Part shown: piece by piece, positions 28,443-41,780 of the stretch
Position numbering within the stretch: the stretch's first letter is position 1
Layout: each line of letters opens with the position of its first letter
DNA from: Octopus vulgaris
Lineage: Eukaryota
DNA length: 64,000 bases
Assembly (NCBI GenBank): GCA_951406725.2
Contig: OX597815.1
Coordinates: 120,342,001 to 120,406,000, forward strand
Reading direction: 5' to 3'
Made by a program: the position numbers and the translations under genes
The notes under the pieces: generated by a model
The model's database searches: none
The model's input: only the letters and a program-made list of their open reading frames with translations
What the model was told of the DNA's origin: nothing

Positions 28443-28963
28443 GCAAATTTTTTTCCCACGAGAGTTCCAGACCCCAATAATGAATTCATTTGCATACAGC
28501 CAATCAGAGCTCACATTTACCTTGTTACCCAGTTAACAAACACACTTTACCAAGTAAACTCAAGACGAAGAATGGTGTTGTAAGTCAACCGATCGCCAGG
28601 TTATGCCTGATTTTAGGAGACAAGTAATTAGATAGATTTGCATTTATACCTATTATCGGAATTTGTTAGGGCCCCGTTTGGTAAAGATGTGGATGGGAAA
28701 AATGTGGGTAGAGGGTGCTGTGCTAGTAACCCTCTCCCTTTACTGTTTTACAAAGTAAACAACAGCACAAATAACTATGCAGAGGCAGCCAGGGTTGAAA
28801 CAAGAACAACAAGCATTATTAAAATAGAAGAGAAACATGGTCATACCTTATCTTATCGCCCTTGTTACACGCTCGTAAATTAGTTTGATAGTTGAGCTCT
28901 GATTGGCTGTATGCAAATGAGTTCATAACTGGGGTCCGGAACTCTACAGGGAAAATATTTTCG
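28443..28963. mobile_element. MITE-like element with about 70-bp TIRs, inserted in an S2 SINE
   Basis: Arms 28443-28513 / 28893-28963; SINE sequence resumes after 28966. Confidence 0.7.
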
Positions 28964-29964
28964 CACGCCGACCAGTGTCTTAGAAATGAATCCGATAGAC
29001 GGAAACTGCATGGAAATCCGGTGTATATATATGTACTAGATATATAGTATTCAGTATAGCGAGGGGTATTCAATCCCGAGAAATTAGCGGGAGGAATAAA
29101 TAATACGATATGAATACCCCTTACTATACTGAATAGTATATATCTAATACAAAGCTCTTACCTGTCTTTTTTTCTTTCACCTGAATGTATTTTTTATTTC
29201 TCCTCTCAGTATTTGCACAACTTTGGAACTGCTAGCATTCCTTTTCCTTCACTATGGAGTGCTGCATAACCATTCTTTCCTTCCTCTCACCATGGTGCAC
29301 TACCTAAACATCCTTTCTGATCATGGATTTACCAACAGAATACCCGATCTAACTGGATTTAATTGAACCCATTTCACCCTCCTGGACATAATGAACCACC
29401 ACAAATTGATGAAGAACTTTCTCCCACAGTTTAACATATATCTCTCAGATGTCAGAATACCCACATTACAAAGTCTTAGCTCGATACGATGCTCCGGTAG
29501 CATCCCAAAAACAACTGTCAGAGACAAGTTTTTACTATTTTTCACCATTCGTTACGTAGTTAAATTAGACTGAATTGAATTAAATTAAATGTCCTTGTCA
29601 TATTTGCCTAATTGTTTGCCTTTCCTCACTACTTTAACTTACACCTACCAACTTAAAGGGAAGCCACCTTTAGCCGTTATGAACAAGGCAATCACATAAC
29701 CACTGCTGTTCAAACTGGAATTTTGGTGGCGCACCTTTTTAAGCACTCAGAACACATACCTTTTAGTTCGAGTCATCCAGGCAAAAACACCCCATATCCT
29801 TTACATGTATGTATGTATGTATGTATGTATGTATGTATGTATGTATGTATGTATGTATGTATGTATGTATGTATGTACGTATAAATATGTGTAGATTTGT
29901 ATGTCTTATTTTATGTATGTCTTCTCTTGCATATACTTGCATATCTAGACATTCTCATATATAT

Positions 29965-30180
29965 TTAACTGATAAACTTCTGGAAAGTTTTAGAGATTTT
30001 AACAGTTCCAGTAATAGCTTGGATCTGTAGTCTTCGAATCAGCTTTCTCTTTTCTGGTTTTGAGAAACATAATTTCTCAAGACTGGTAATCAGACAATGT
30101 GCTACATATCCCAATGCTCCAGTAATTACAGATATAAATCTCAACTTGTAATCTGGATAGAGTAACTGCAAATTTATATG
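29965..30180 (-). pseudogene. Dong/R4-like RLE LINE 3' fragment
   Basis: NLQLLYPDYKLRFISVITGALG, homologous to 39199-39453. Confidence 0.7.
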
Positions 30181-30244
30181 TGACCGCGTGTGTATCGTCG
30201 TCGATTTTCTTTCTCTGTCTTCCCTTCTTTGGACTTTTCCCATA

Positions 30245-30277
30245 CTTCTGATGAAGATGTCCGCTCGAAACGTAAAA
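30245..30277 (+). ncRNA. Minimal type I hammerhead motif in a ~200-bp repeat
   Basis: UU-CUGAUGA-A-GAUG..GCUC-GAAA-CGUA-AA; same repeat family as 36915-37125. Confidence 0.6.
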
Positions 30278-30592
30278 TCCTCTTTCTTTTCTTTCCTTTC
30301 CCGAGCGTCCAATAACACTACACTTCTTCCACGTCCTCGCATTGTTGTTTTTTCCTGCTTGTTCTTGTTTGGATTGTGTGTGTATATATATACATATGTG
30401 TGTGCATGTGTGTGTGTGTATATGTATAGATATGTGTACATACATATACATATGTATATGTATATATATATACGTATATACATGCATGTGTGTGTGTCTC
30501 TCTCTCTATATGTACATATTTTCGTATTATTTTTTGTTTTTTGTATTTATATTCGTGTAACATCGTCCGTTTTTCTGTTCTTGTTTCATATA

Positions 30593-30734
30593 CATTCGAT
30601 CCTTTTTCCAAGAAATCTAATGCTCATAGCTTAGTTTTTTCTGGGAGCTGGCCAGATCGGAGCAATCTCAAGATTAATTATCCGAAATTGCGAGGATGAT
30701 CCGGTTCTTGACTGAAGATTAGAGGCTTCGAATG
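30593..30734 (+). ncRNA. Non-circularly permuted hammerhead candidate, family B
   Basis: GCAAU-C 30662-67, UCAAGA/UCUUGA stem I, GAAA-UUGC 30684-91, CUGAAGA 30712-18; stem II degenerate. Confidence 0.65.
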
Positions 30735-31400
30735 ACCCATCCGTGTTTTTTGTATCATCTATTTGAATGTTTTGCGTTCTTGTCCCACTTTGTATTTATA
30801 TATATATATATGGATTAAAGTTTCGTGAGGACTGGTGTAGGATCAGTAGGCAAGACATTGTTGAATGACTTTTCACGTCCTATTTCGTTTAGTCTTATAC
30901 TGAATAACTCAACAAGAACGGCAATTTCTCTTCCCTTCAGGTGACAGCCGATAAGACGAACCATGATTCATCAATATTACAAACACCTGCTTTTTTTTTC
31001 TTGAAAAAATAAAATAAAATAAAAGAATTCAATTCTCAGCTTTCATTTGGACACAAATATTTGCACAAACATGACAAAGGAAAATTCCTTGTTATGCAAT
31101 TTCATTTGCGATATGCATGGACCGTTGTGGTTTTCACACTAAGTAGTTCACAGTTTCTAACGTTAATTTGCTTTTAGTTTAGAAATGTGTAAGAGAAGGA
31201 CATGATTGTGTATAGGTGCAGGCATAGCTGTGTGGTTTAGAATTTCGCTTTACAACCACAAGTATTCGGGTTCGGTTTCACTGGGGTGGGGCAACTTAGA
31301 CAAGTACCTTCAACCATGGTCCTGAGCCGACTGGTACCTAAATTTGTTAGACGGATACTGTGTAGAAGCCTGTCACACACACACACAGACACGTACGTAC

Positions 31401-31431
<31 letters not shown>

Positions 31432-31473
31432 TGTATGTATGTATGTATGTATGTATGTATGTATGTATGTATG

Positions 31474-31504
<31 letters not shown>

Positions 31505-31505
31505 G

Positions 31506-31610
<105 letters not shown>

Positions 31611-31780
31611 GCTTGGTATGTATTTGAATACACCCTGATACTTACTTTATCAGGCCTGGAAAGATGAATGCTAGACAGCCTTTTTGTTGTCAAATGAAAA
31701 TATACTGAAACATTTCATCCGATACGCAATTGCTTTTCCCATTCTGTTACTTTTCATTCAATGAATGACTGCTCTCTTGC

Positions 31781-32180
31781 AAGGTGAAGAGCTGGCAAAA
31801 TCATTAGCACGCCGGGGGAAATGCTTAGCGGTATTTCGTCTGCGTTACGTTGTGAGTTCAAATTCCGCCGAGGTTGACTTTGCCTTTCATCCTTTCGGGG
31901 TCGATAAATTAAGTACCAGTTACGCACTGGGGTCGATGTAATCGACTTAATACCTATGTCTGTCCTTGTTTGTCCCCTCTGTGTTTAGCCCCTTGTGGGT
32001 AATAAAGAAATAGGTATTTCGCCCGTCTTCATGTTCTGAATTCAAATTCCACCAAGGTCAACTTTGCCTTTCATCCTTTCGGGGGTCGATGAAATAAGTA
32101 CCAGTTGAACTTTAGAGTCGATGTAATCGACTAAACTCCTCTTCTAAAACTGCTGGCCTTGTGCAAAAATTTGAAATCAG
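31781..32180 (+). mobile_element. SINE S1 with internal partial tandem duplication
   Basis: Full unit, then restart at ggtatttcg after aaagaaata. Confidence 0.8.
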
Positions 32181-33326
32181 TATGACAGTTCTCTTTACAG
32201 AATCTGGTACCTGCATGTTAAGACATTGCTTATTTAAAGCGATCAGTTTTGGCTTTTAGACTGACCATCTTTTATATATCTTGTACCATTAATATTACGA
32301 CATCTATTTTATTTACATACGCACATCGAGTTACACATCCTTCTCCTTATAATCCCACCATTTAAAATAAACTGATCGTGTGACAGACTACAATTGTCTA
32401 GCAGCTGAATATTCAACCGAAAGGACGTCTAATCTTATTCAACTGACATCACTCAAACACTTTTCACTTGCGGGGCAGCTCTTACGTGTAATGGGGATAA
32501 CTCCTCCTTCTTAAAACAAAATGTAAAATCAGAAATTAGTTCAAAGTGCCGCTCCCTCGTTTAAAATTATAGTTACCTCTTCCTGGATATAAGGTAAAAG
32601 CTGGAAGGAATTTTCTTGTTTGTGTACTCAGTTGAGAACAATATTACTCTAACCTTAATTATTACATGAAATAATCATAAAGCGCACGACTTAGCGGTTG
32701 GGGGTATTCGGCTCACCATCGTAAAGTCTCGAGTTCGATACCCGGCGGTGTGTTGTGTCCTTTAGCAAGACATTTCGCGTTGTTCTAGTCCAATCAGCTG
32801 ATAAAAATGAGTAGTACTTGTCACATTGTGTCACACTGAATCTCCCTGTGTACATTAAAGGTACGCTGGTCTGTGGAATGCTCAGCCACTTGCGCGTTAA
32901 ATTCCCGTGCAGGCTGTACTGTTGATCGAATCAGCTGGAACACTCGTTGTAGTAAATGAGAGAGAGCCTGGCCGATTATAACTACATTTAGCATTTAGTA
33001 GGAAATAAAGTTCACTTTTGTAATGGTGCAGTCTTGTTAAAATACTAAATATATGGAAGTGTAAAATTTAATATTAAATTTAATTGACTTTAATTTTACT
33101 GCAATTCAGTGTTTTACTCAATTCAGTGTTTTCCGAGTTGTTTTGCAACTTGTCTTGTCACTGAAAGATCAATAGTGTTGTATGATTGTGGGGATGTATC
33201 AAAGAGATTGTCTTGCCAGACATAGTCAAAGGCTGTGATGCTTGCAAGTGCGATGACATTACACCACTGAATTTTGCAAAGGTGTGACAGAACACTAGTC
33301 AGTGACATGGAAAACTTATCTCCAGC

Positions 33327-33412
<86 letters not shown>

Positions 33413-34076
33413 GCACTACTAGTGATCTCTGAGAGAGACACAAAGTTTTAGAAAAAGCTGATTGTGAACGAATGTTCTTATCTTTGATATATTGTAAATG
33501 GGAGCGATAGGTCGATACTTAGTGAATTTAATCTTGCTGCTCTTGGGAATGGGACGTACCGTCACAAAATAGCGTGTTTCTAAAGATCAGGATGGATCCC
33601 TAAAGAAAGTTAAAGAATTCAGCGAGGATAGAGGATAGCACATAGGTGCACTATTCGAGGATAATGGAAAATATAGGTAATGCCATTCTGTCGATTTCTA
33701 GAAAGAACAGAATAGAGTTATATATGATCACCCCTAACTAGAAAATTTCAAAACTTCATAGTAAGTTAACAGAAAACAATGAAATACGTGAATTCTATGC
33801 ACCTTTTTTCCTTATAATTCCTTAGCCACCGGAGATATTTTCGTACTCGGGAAGTATATGACTACGGTGGAGCGAAGAAGGAAAGTTATGGAAGAGTATT
33901 GTTGAATGTGTGAATTGTGGAGCTAGAAGAAAAGCAATAAGATGGAAAACGTCTCTGTAAGTGTAACGAATACGCAACCATCATGGCTATAGGGGCGGGG
34001 TGATGAGCAGGAAGACTGCGAAGTTGAAAGGGGCACTCTGGAAAAAGGTAGTCCGGCAGGATTTGTGGACTTTAGA

Positions 34077-34239
34077 TCATCTTCTTCTTCTTCTTCTTCT
34101 TCTTCTTCTTCTTCTTCTTCTTCTTCTTCTTCTTCTTCTTCTTCTTCTTCTTCTTCTTCTTCTTCTTCTTCTTCTTCTTCTTCTTCTTCTTCTTCTTCTT
34201 CTTCTTCTTCTTCTTCTTCTTCTTCTTCTTCTTCTTCTT
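34077..34239. repeat. (CTT)n microsatellite
   Basis: Direct reading; one example of the many (AT)n, (AC)n, (ATAC)n, (AG)n and (AAT)n tracts in the window. Confidence 0.98.
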
Positions 34240-34577
34240 TCCGTCGTCATTGTTGTTCGGCCTTTTCACATTTTTAGAAAATGTATTCTTATTTTTGGAA
34301 TAGCGGATCTTCATAGCAGAATTTAATATCAGAATTTTATATTCAGAATACAGTAACAAGTTCATCCATCCATCCATCCATCCATCCATTCGTGCATACA
34401 TACATACATACATACATACATACATACATACATACATACATACATACATACATAGCTAGTCGATGTAATCGAGCACAACCTAGGACTTATTTTTAAAGCC
34501 TAGTCGCTTTTGCCGAATTGCCAGGTTACGGGGTCGTAAACACACCAATACTAGCTATATATATATATATACATATA

Positions 34578-34810
34578 CTCCTTACCTTCGTAACGCGAAG
34601 TAGATAAAACAGGGGACAACTGATGAAGAGAATGTTCTTTTTGTTGTACGTCTCGTGTCTGTTTTTTTTCGTTTTTCGAAAAATAGTTCGTTTTCTATGT
34701 TTTTGTTTTTTTATGTTCTCGTTTCTCATTCTGTCCACGTTCTTTTTTTGATGCCCTGTACCCATATATGCATGTATATATACATATATATGTAGGTATG
34801 TACATATATG
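34578..34810 (+). mobile_element. 5'-truncated family A repeat (half of the permuted HHR plus conserved tail)
   Basis: CCUUC-GUAA..GGACAA-CUGAUGA-AG, then tail gccctgtacccatatatg. Confidence 0.55.
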
Positions 34811-35139
34811 TATGTATATATGCATATATTTATATATTATACATACATACATACATACATACATACATACATACATACATACATACATACATACATACAT
34901 ACGTACATACATACATATGCATATATGTATATATATGTGTATGACGAATGGTCTATTTACTCGGACCTATTGTTTAATTGTGTTTATGTATGTATTTTTA
35001 GACATGTAAAAGTATATACACTCTGCTTATGCATGTATATGTGTATATATGTATATGTATAAGTCTATATGGATATTTCTTCATATCTTTATATATATCA
35101 AATTATACGCGTATCCTGTTTCATGTATTAATATATTTG

Positions 35140-35303
35140 GAGTTCTTTATAATCTCTGACGAGGCCTATGGTTATATATATAAGTACCCTATTTTTGAAT
35201 GCCTACAACCTCAATATAATTGACAACTATATGCAATAAAAATTTAAAAAACTATTTTTAACTATAGGCTGAAACAGCTGTAAGGAGTGATTTTAAGGAG
35301 TTC
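35140..35303 (+). ncRNA. Type I hammerhead with long loop II
   Basis: CUGACGA 35156-62; 12-bp stem II GGCCUAUGGUUA/UAACUAUAGGCU; GAAA-C-AGCU-GUA 35271-82; stem I UCU/AGG plus distal extension. Confidence 0.75.
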
Positions 35304-35472
35304 AATAATTTATATTATGATTTTTATAATTTATATTCTTATCTTATATGTATTGAATTATAAAGTATATATGTATGCTATTAAGGTTTTCATTTTGTTA
35401 ACTGAATAATTCAACATTCTAATATCCAAAAGTTGATGAACAAACTAAATTGTTTCTCCATTTTCTTATTTG

Positions 35473-35522
<50 letters not shown>

Positions 35523-35652
35523 GTGCGTGTATATGCATCTCTGTGTATCTGCCTCTGTGTGTGTGTATGTGTGGGTTGCTCGTGCTTTAGTGTTTATCAG
35601 ATCATCTACCTGTGAGGACAAGTGCAGAGTAAAATGAGAGAGACGAGGACAG

Positions 35653-35713
<61 letters not shown>

Positions 35714-37018
35714 CACAGAATAATAGATATGCAGACAGGTATTTTATTTGTTTACGAGCAAGTAAATAGACAAAAGCTGACCGACATGACAGACAGATAA
35801 ACCAATACGTAGAGTGACTGCGAAAGATAATAATGAGGAAAATGAGAGATAAACTGTGATAGACAATTCGGTGAGTAAATAAATAATTGTAATAATAGAC
35901 GGTCGGGTACACCCATCTTCACAAACATATTGGCAAACGTGCATACATGCCGACACACATGCGTGCGCGCTCACACACAGAGACACATATGTATGTATAT
36001 ATGAATGTATGTATGTATGTATGTATGTATGGTAAAAAGACATACATTCATACACATGTGTGAATGTGTGCGCGTGTATATATTATACATATACTATATT
36101 TTATGCATATTCTTTTACACACATACACATACATATAGAGTATGTATGTGTACACACGCACACACACACGCACATATATAGATAGATAGGCAGATGTACA
36201 TGTATATATATTTATATAAGAATATATATTCATATAAATATGTGTGCGCGCGCATGCGTACGGGCTCAGTTCCACACACGCACACAGACACACGTACATG
36301 CACACATACACACACGCGCGCGCGCGCGCACACACACACACACTCACACACAAACGCTCTCAAACTCACGTACGTCCAAGTGAGTGAGCCACGTAGATAT
36401 ATAGATAACGTAAATAAGGTGGAAAATACACATATTATGACCGAAAAATTGAATCAGATGTAAAAGATTTGAATGAGTTAAACAATTGAAAGCATTCACA
36501 GAACAAGCTCAATCTAAATATGCAAGCTAGTCACTGAGAAGAGCAATCGAATTTAGGTCATTGGAACATAGGATATACCTGTGCTGTCTGTGCAATATTG
36601 GGTCCAACGAGGTGTTTACAATGTGAACAAATCACAAATTGTAGCTTTTGTTTTGTTTGAAGACTAACTGTAAATAGGAGAGCGTTTGTTTTAGACGTTT
36701 AAGATAGACCTTCTTCATCACGGGCGTATGCAAGTATGTGTGTGGTGTGGATGGTAGCTTTATTTAGTTTGTTTTAAGTCTACGCGAGAATTTGATCACA
36801 CACACACACACACACACACACACAAAGACACACACATATATATATATATGTATGAGAGAGAGAGAGAGAAAGAAAGAGACACACACATATGTATATGTAT
36901 GTAGATATATATAAAGTTAATCCAAACATGAAAACACAAACAGAAAACACAACAACGCGAGGATGTGGAACAAGTATAGTGTTATTGGACGCTCAGGAAA
37001 GGAAAGAAAGAAGGAGGA

Positions 37019-37051
37019 TTTAACGTTTCGAGCGGAGCTCTTCGTCAGAAA
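37019..37051 (-). ncRNA. Minimal type I hammerhead motif, intact core
   Basis: UUU-CUGACGA-A-GAGC-UCC-GCUC-GAAA-CGUU-AAA. Confidence 0.7.
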
Positions 37052-37142
37052 CATAGAAAAAGGAAAGATCTATGGAAGGGAAGACGGAGGAAATAAAATC
37101 GCCAACGATACACACGCGGTCACTCGCACGCACGCACACACA

Positions 37143-37214
<72 letters not shown>

Positions 37215-37298
37215 CACGTACGCACACATACACACACATGAGTGTGTGTGTGTGTGAGTGTGTGTGTGTGCGTGCGTGCGAGTGACCGCGTGTATATC

Positions 37299-37354
<56 letters not shown>

Positions 37355-37480
37355 GCCTGCTCGCTTAGCCAGCAGGGTGGCGTCATTCGAAGGCTAAAAC
37401 AATGCGAACGCATTGTGACCAGCGATGTGTAACTACATCTGATGGACTGGTCGGTCACGTCATCACGTGATATATATATA

Positions 37481-38452
37481 TGCATGTATATATACATGTA
37501 GATGTAGGTACGTACATATATGTATGCATATATTTTATTTATTACATTATTGTATGACTGAGCGCCCTCGCGTCGATTCGATTCGATTCGTTTCGTTTCG
37601 TTTCGTTTCTTCTTCTCCCAGTACATTTTTTGTATATAATTATGACGCGAAACTCTATACCTCTTTACTTAACCTTCCCTTCTCTCCCTTTCTCTCTCTC
37701 TCTCACTCCTCCTCATCTCTCTCACAGCCGTTTGTCTTCCTCTATCTCTCTCTCCCTTTCACTCCTCCTCATCTCTCTCACAGCCGGCCAAATACTTCCT
37801 TTTGCATGCGGCCTCCTAACTGTAAACACACGGTTTTCTTGCGCTCCTTGAATCTCTCCTCGTCTAGGCAAAAAAGGCCCTCTTTGGTTGTTTTCTTGTT
37901 TGTTTTTATTTCTTGTATTGTATTTTTTTGTAATTGTATTTTTATTTTGTATTTTATTTTGTATTTTATTTTGTAATTTTATTTGTATCGTTTTCACGAC
38001 CTGTTTGCGTCACATTTTGTTCTTTCCTTGTTTTTACCCCTCTGCGAAGTAATTTTCTTTAATTTTTTCGCAGGAAGGGCTAGTTCGACGAGTTGTGTTC
38101 TGTCCTCACCTTCGAAACACGCTGGAGTTGAACTAGGGACAGCTGATGAAGGGGATTTTTCCTTGTGTAGTTTGTCTTGTACTATGTTTTTTCGTTGTAA
38201 AAAAAGGTCCGTTCCATGCTTGTTTTTACGTTTTCGTTCTCGTTGAATTCTGCGTCTATTTGTGGTGTCCTGTACTCACGTATATATATTTATATATGCA
38301 TGTATTTATACATGTAGATGTAGGTACGTACATATATGTATGTATGTATGCACATATTTTATCTATTACACTATTGTATGACTGAGCGATCTCGCGTCGA
38401 TTCGATTCGATCCGTTTCGTTTCGTTTCGTTTCTTCTTCTTCTCCCAGTACA
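37481..38452 (+). mobile_element. Non-coding element with about 150-bp terminal direct repeats (unit about 820 bp), family A
   Basis: 37481-37625 is repeated at 38297-38452; contains the permuted HHR. Confidence 0.75.
38037..38154 (+). ncRNA. Non-circularly permuted hammerhead candidate, family A
   Basis: UGUGU-U 38094-99, CUGUCC/GGACAG stem I, GAAGG/CCUUC stem II, GAAA-CACG 38114-21, CUGAUGA 38143-49, 10-bp extra helix. Confidence 0.75.
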
Positions 38453-38455
38453 GTT

Positions 38456-38514
<59 letters not shown>

Positions 38515-38928
38515 TTAATGCGGTGCTCCAGCATAGCCATAATCAAATGACTGAAACAAGTAAAAGAATAAAAGGATGATACATGCATACATATACATAT
38601 ACCTACATATATACATACACATATACATACACGCACACACACACGCATACATACACACACTCACATAACACACATAACACATACGTTGGGAGGGGTTTCG
38701 ACAGACTGGATTCGACACGTTCGTACGACCTTCTTCCTCGGCTAAATATGTGTGACTATGTGATTGTGTGTACACATAAATGAACATACAAACACGATTT
38801 AGACAGCTAACACTGAATCCATTTTAATACCTGAGAACGCCGTTCGGTCGATGTCCAGGACACACCCATGTATTCTGACAAATCATCTATTATGTTTGAG
38901 TACATTCGTACATACATACGTTTATATG

Positions 38929-38985
<57 letters not shown>

Positions 38986-39032
38986 ATGTATGTATGTATG
39001 TATGTACGTACGTATGTATGTATGTATGTATG

Positions 39033-39066
<34 letters not shown>

Positions 39067-39114
39067 TGTATGTATGTATGTATGTATGTAGTCTGTTCTA
39101 CTTTTTAATTATTA

Positions 39115-40398
39115 GAAATCTCCCACTAAGGAGGGAGCCGGTTTCCAACAAAGATACAAAGCTCCATCTTTGGGATGTAGTAAACATTTGGAATAAATTC
39201 ACATTTGGAACTTGAGAATAGTCTTGCATATTTTTATTGTTCCACTCAGTGATTTCCCTGGTAATATAGAAATTAGTCGGTCGTTTTCTATTTCTGAAAA
39301 TCCCAGTTTATCCAGATTCTCCTTTAAGCATTTACTAACAAAACCTAGTGCTCCAATTAATAACGGTATGAATATGAATTCATAGTCTGGATATAGAAGC
39401 TGGAGGTTTCGAAGCAGTTGTCCATAGATGTCCTCTTTTTCTTTGATTTTCAACGGGACATTTATTTGTGCAGGGCAACTAACTTCTATGATGGTACATA
39501 CCTTTGCCCCTTTGTCCCAAACAACAATATCTGGCCTATTATGCTTACATTTGACAGACGTTTTGATGGGAATATTCCATCAGTATTCCTTGAATTGGTG
39601 CTTATGAATGCATTCCTTAACAGAGGGATTTTCTAAGTTTATTTCTGGACAGTCTTTTTTGCGGATGGCATTGTAAATTGTTTCAGCGACAACATCGTGC
39701 CACATAAGGAGGTGGTGACATTTTAGGACAGCTGCTAATCACATGCGTAATGTCTTCCACAGAAACATGATATAGCCTACACATGTGGTTGCACTTTGGG
39801 ACTGCAAGAGCACCTCTGTCTCTCTTGTTCACCAGGTACCTTGTGACAATTTCCTGTTCCTGGATTGCAAATGCATAACCTTCAAAGTGTTATATGATGT
39901 TGTGGTCTTGTGTCCAAGAGAGGCTGCATTTCGTGTCAATTCTACTGTCTTCTTGAAGCTTCCGGGAAACATACCCATGCATGGTCTTTTTTAAATTTTT
40001 TTGTAAACTAAGTGCTTTCCATCCAGGTCTTCTCTAAGGTAAGAGAGCCCAGCTGTTTTGGGGCTGTATAGGAGATCATCAGGAAGAGAGTGTTTATTGA
40101 GGAGTCCACTGCCTACTCGTACAACTTTGCTCACTTCACTTTTCGGCACTGCATTAATATGTTTATTTTTGCTGCTGTTGTTTAGCAGGTGCTGCCTGAA
40201 TGATACCATAGGGCATTCGAAGGACGTCTGCACTGATGTCAGGCCTCTACCACCTTCATTTCTTCTTAGGTAGTACCTGTCAACATCACTATTTCTGTGG
40301 AAGATCCCAGTCGTCAGGATATTCCACCAGTATTCCTTGAATTGGTGTTTATGAAAGTATTCCATAACAGAGATTTTCTAGGTTTATTCCAGGACAGT
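39115..40398 (-). pseudogene. Dong/R4-like non-LTR retrotransposon 3' portion
   Basis: FHRNSDVDRYYLRRNEGGRGL, a C..(H)...EDITHVISSC-like finger, HNRPDIVV RLE motif, IGALG. Confidence 0.85.
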
Positions 40399-41736
40399 AT
40401 GTATGTATATATGTATGTATTTATTTATGTAGGGGAAATACAATATATTTAACCTTACTGTAAACTCCGAGTCTACTTGAATTCTTGTTAAACTCATTCT
40501 TTCATCAAATTACAAATAATTTATAGAGGTTTAAAGAGAAACTATTTGATTATCAAGGTAAGATGATATCAATCATACTACTTAAAATGAAATCTTTGGT
40601 GGTACCATTGGTGATCTCAGATTCAGAGAACTTGACTTCCAGAAAATGGGCAACTTTCAGAAATATTTTTGGTCATATTCTTAGGTAGGTAATATGGATT
40701 ATCAACAGCGACCAGTGAAGACAGAGCCTGTCATACAAAGGAATGAAAAACTGGAGGTGGTATATTGAGCATAGGACGTGCAATAAAATGCTTATGACGT
40801 CGAAAATATAGTTGTTTATAACATGCAGGTTAGTTATTAAACTTATTAACTAAAAAAAAGTTAAGTGATATAAAAAAAATAGAACGAAATGTATCGGAAA
40901 AAACCTAAACTTTTAAGATCATTTTCTCTGTAGAAAGGTCTGATTTGTTCAAATAAACTGTTTGAATAACATTAGTAGATACAGGAGGGTGTTAATGTTT
41001 TGGGAATATTTTTCGTATGGCATCTGATACATTACTTAGCTTAATCCAACTTTACTGGCAGCTGACCTTATACATTCTATTCCCGCTGTAGTTAATATTC
41101 TAATGTGCGTCAGCAATTAGAGTTGTGTACTTTGGAATCATCACGCAGAACTGGACCAAGGCTAACGTATCTACCTACATTCAACACAACGAGAAATTTA
41201 TTTGAATATTGATGAAAAGCATAACTAGTTAAATATCATTGAATGGAGGTGGATTTCATTACTATCTGACAGATAATTCAGGCCACTACAATAGTTGGTT
41301 GTACAAATTAAACAAATTGATCTTTTTCAGACTACGCTTTTAGACTTTTTAGAAGTAATTTTTAAGTATATTTAAGCTGATGATTCCCAATAGCTTTATT
41401 CTTCTTGAAACATTTTCATGAAGCTTCAATAGCTCTAGTTCTCTTTCCAAGGATTAAAGGTTCAGGGATTAACTAAATAATCTCCAGACAGCATTCTCTC
41501 GCGAAATGTTAACGTTGTGTGGATTAAAGGGCGTTGGCTTGTGATTAAGAAGTTCACTTCGCAGTGGGATACACACACACACAAGCGCGGACACACATAC
41601 GCACATCCTTTAAGTTCGTTTACTGAAACGTATATAAAAGCTATTTTATTATGTCGGCTGCAGCCTAATGATATCAACTTGCAATAGCAGTTTTATGGGG
41701 TTGTATCAAGCTGTGCCGATATAATGTAGGATAAAC

Positions 41737-41778
<42 letters not shown>

Positions 41779-41780
<2 letters not shown>

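Noticed and set aside
29162-29180. Possible 19-nt micro-exon (cag...gtaag on the minus strand)
   Set aside because: No polypyrimidine tract; expected by chance
37352-37470. Structured repeat (reverse copy at 7606-7676) considered as an HDV-like or pistol ribozyme
   Set aside because: Hairpins and a possible pseudoknot are present, but the catalytic consensus residues could not be placed
38690-38760. CCGAGGA...GAAAC on the minus strand
   Set aside because: Stems I and III are not convincing
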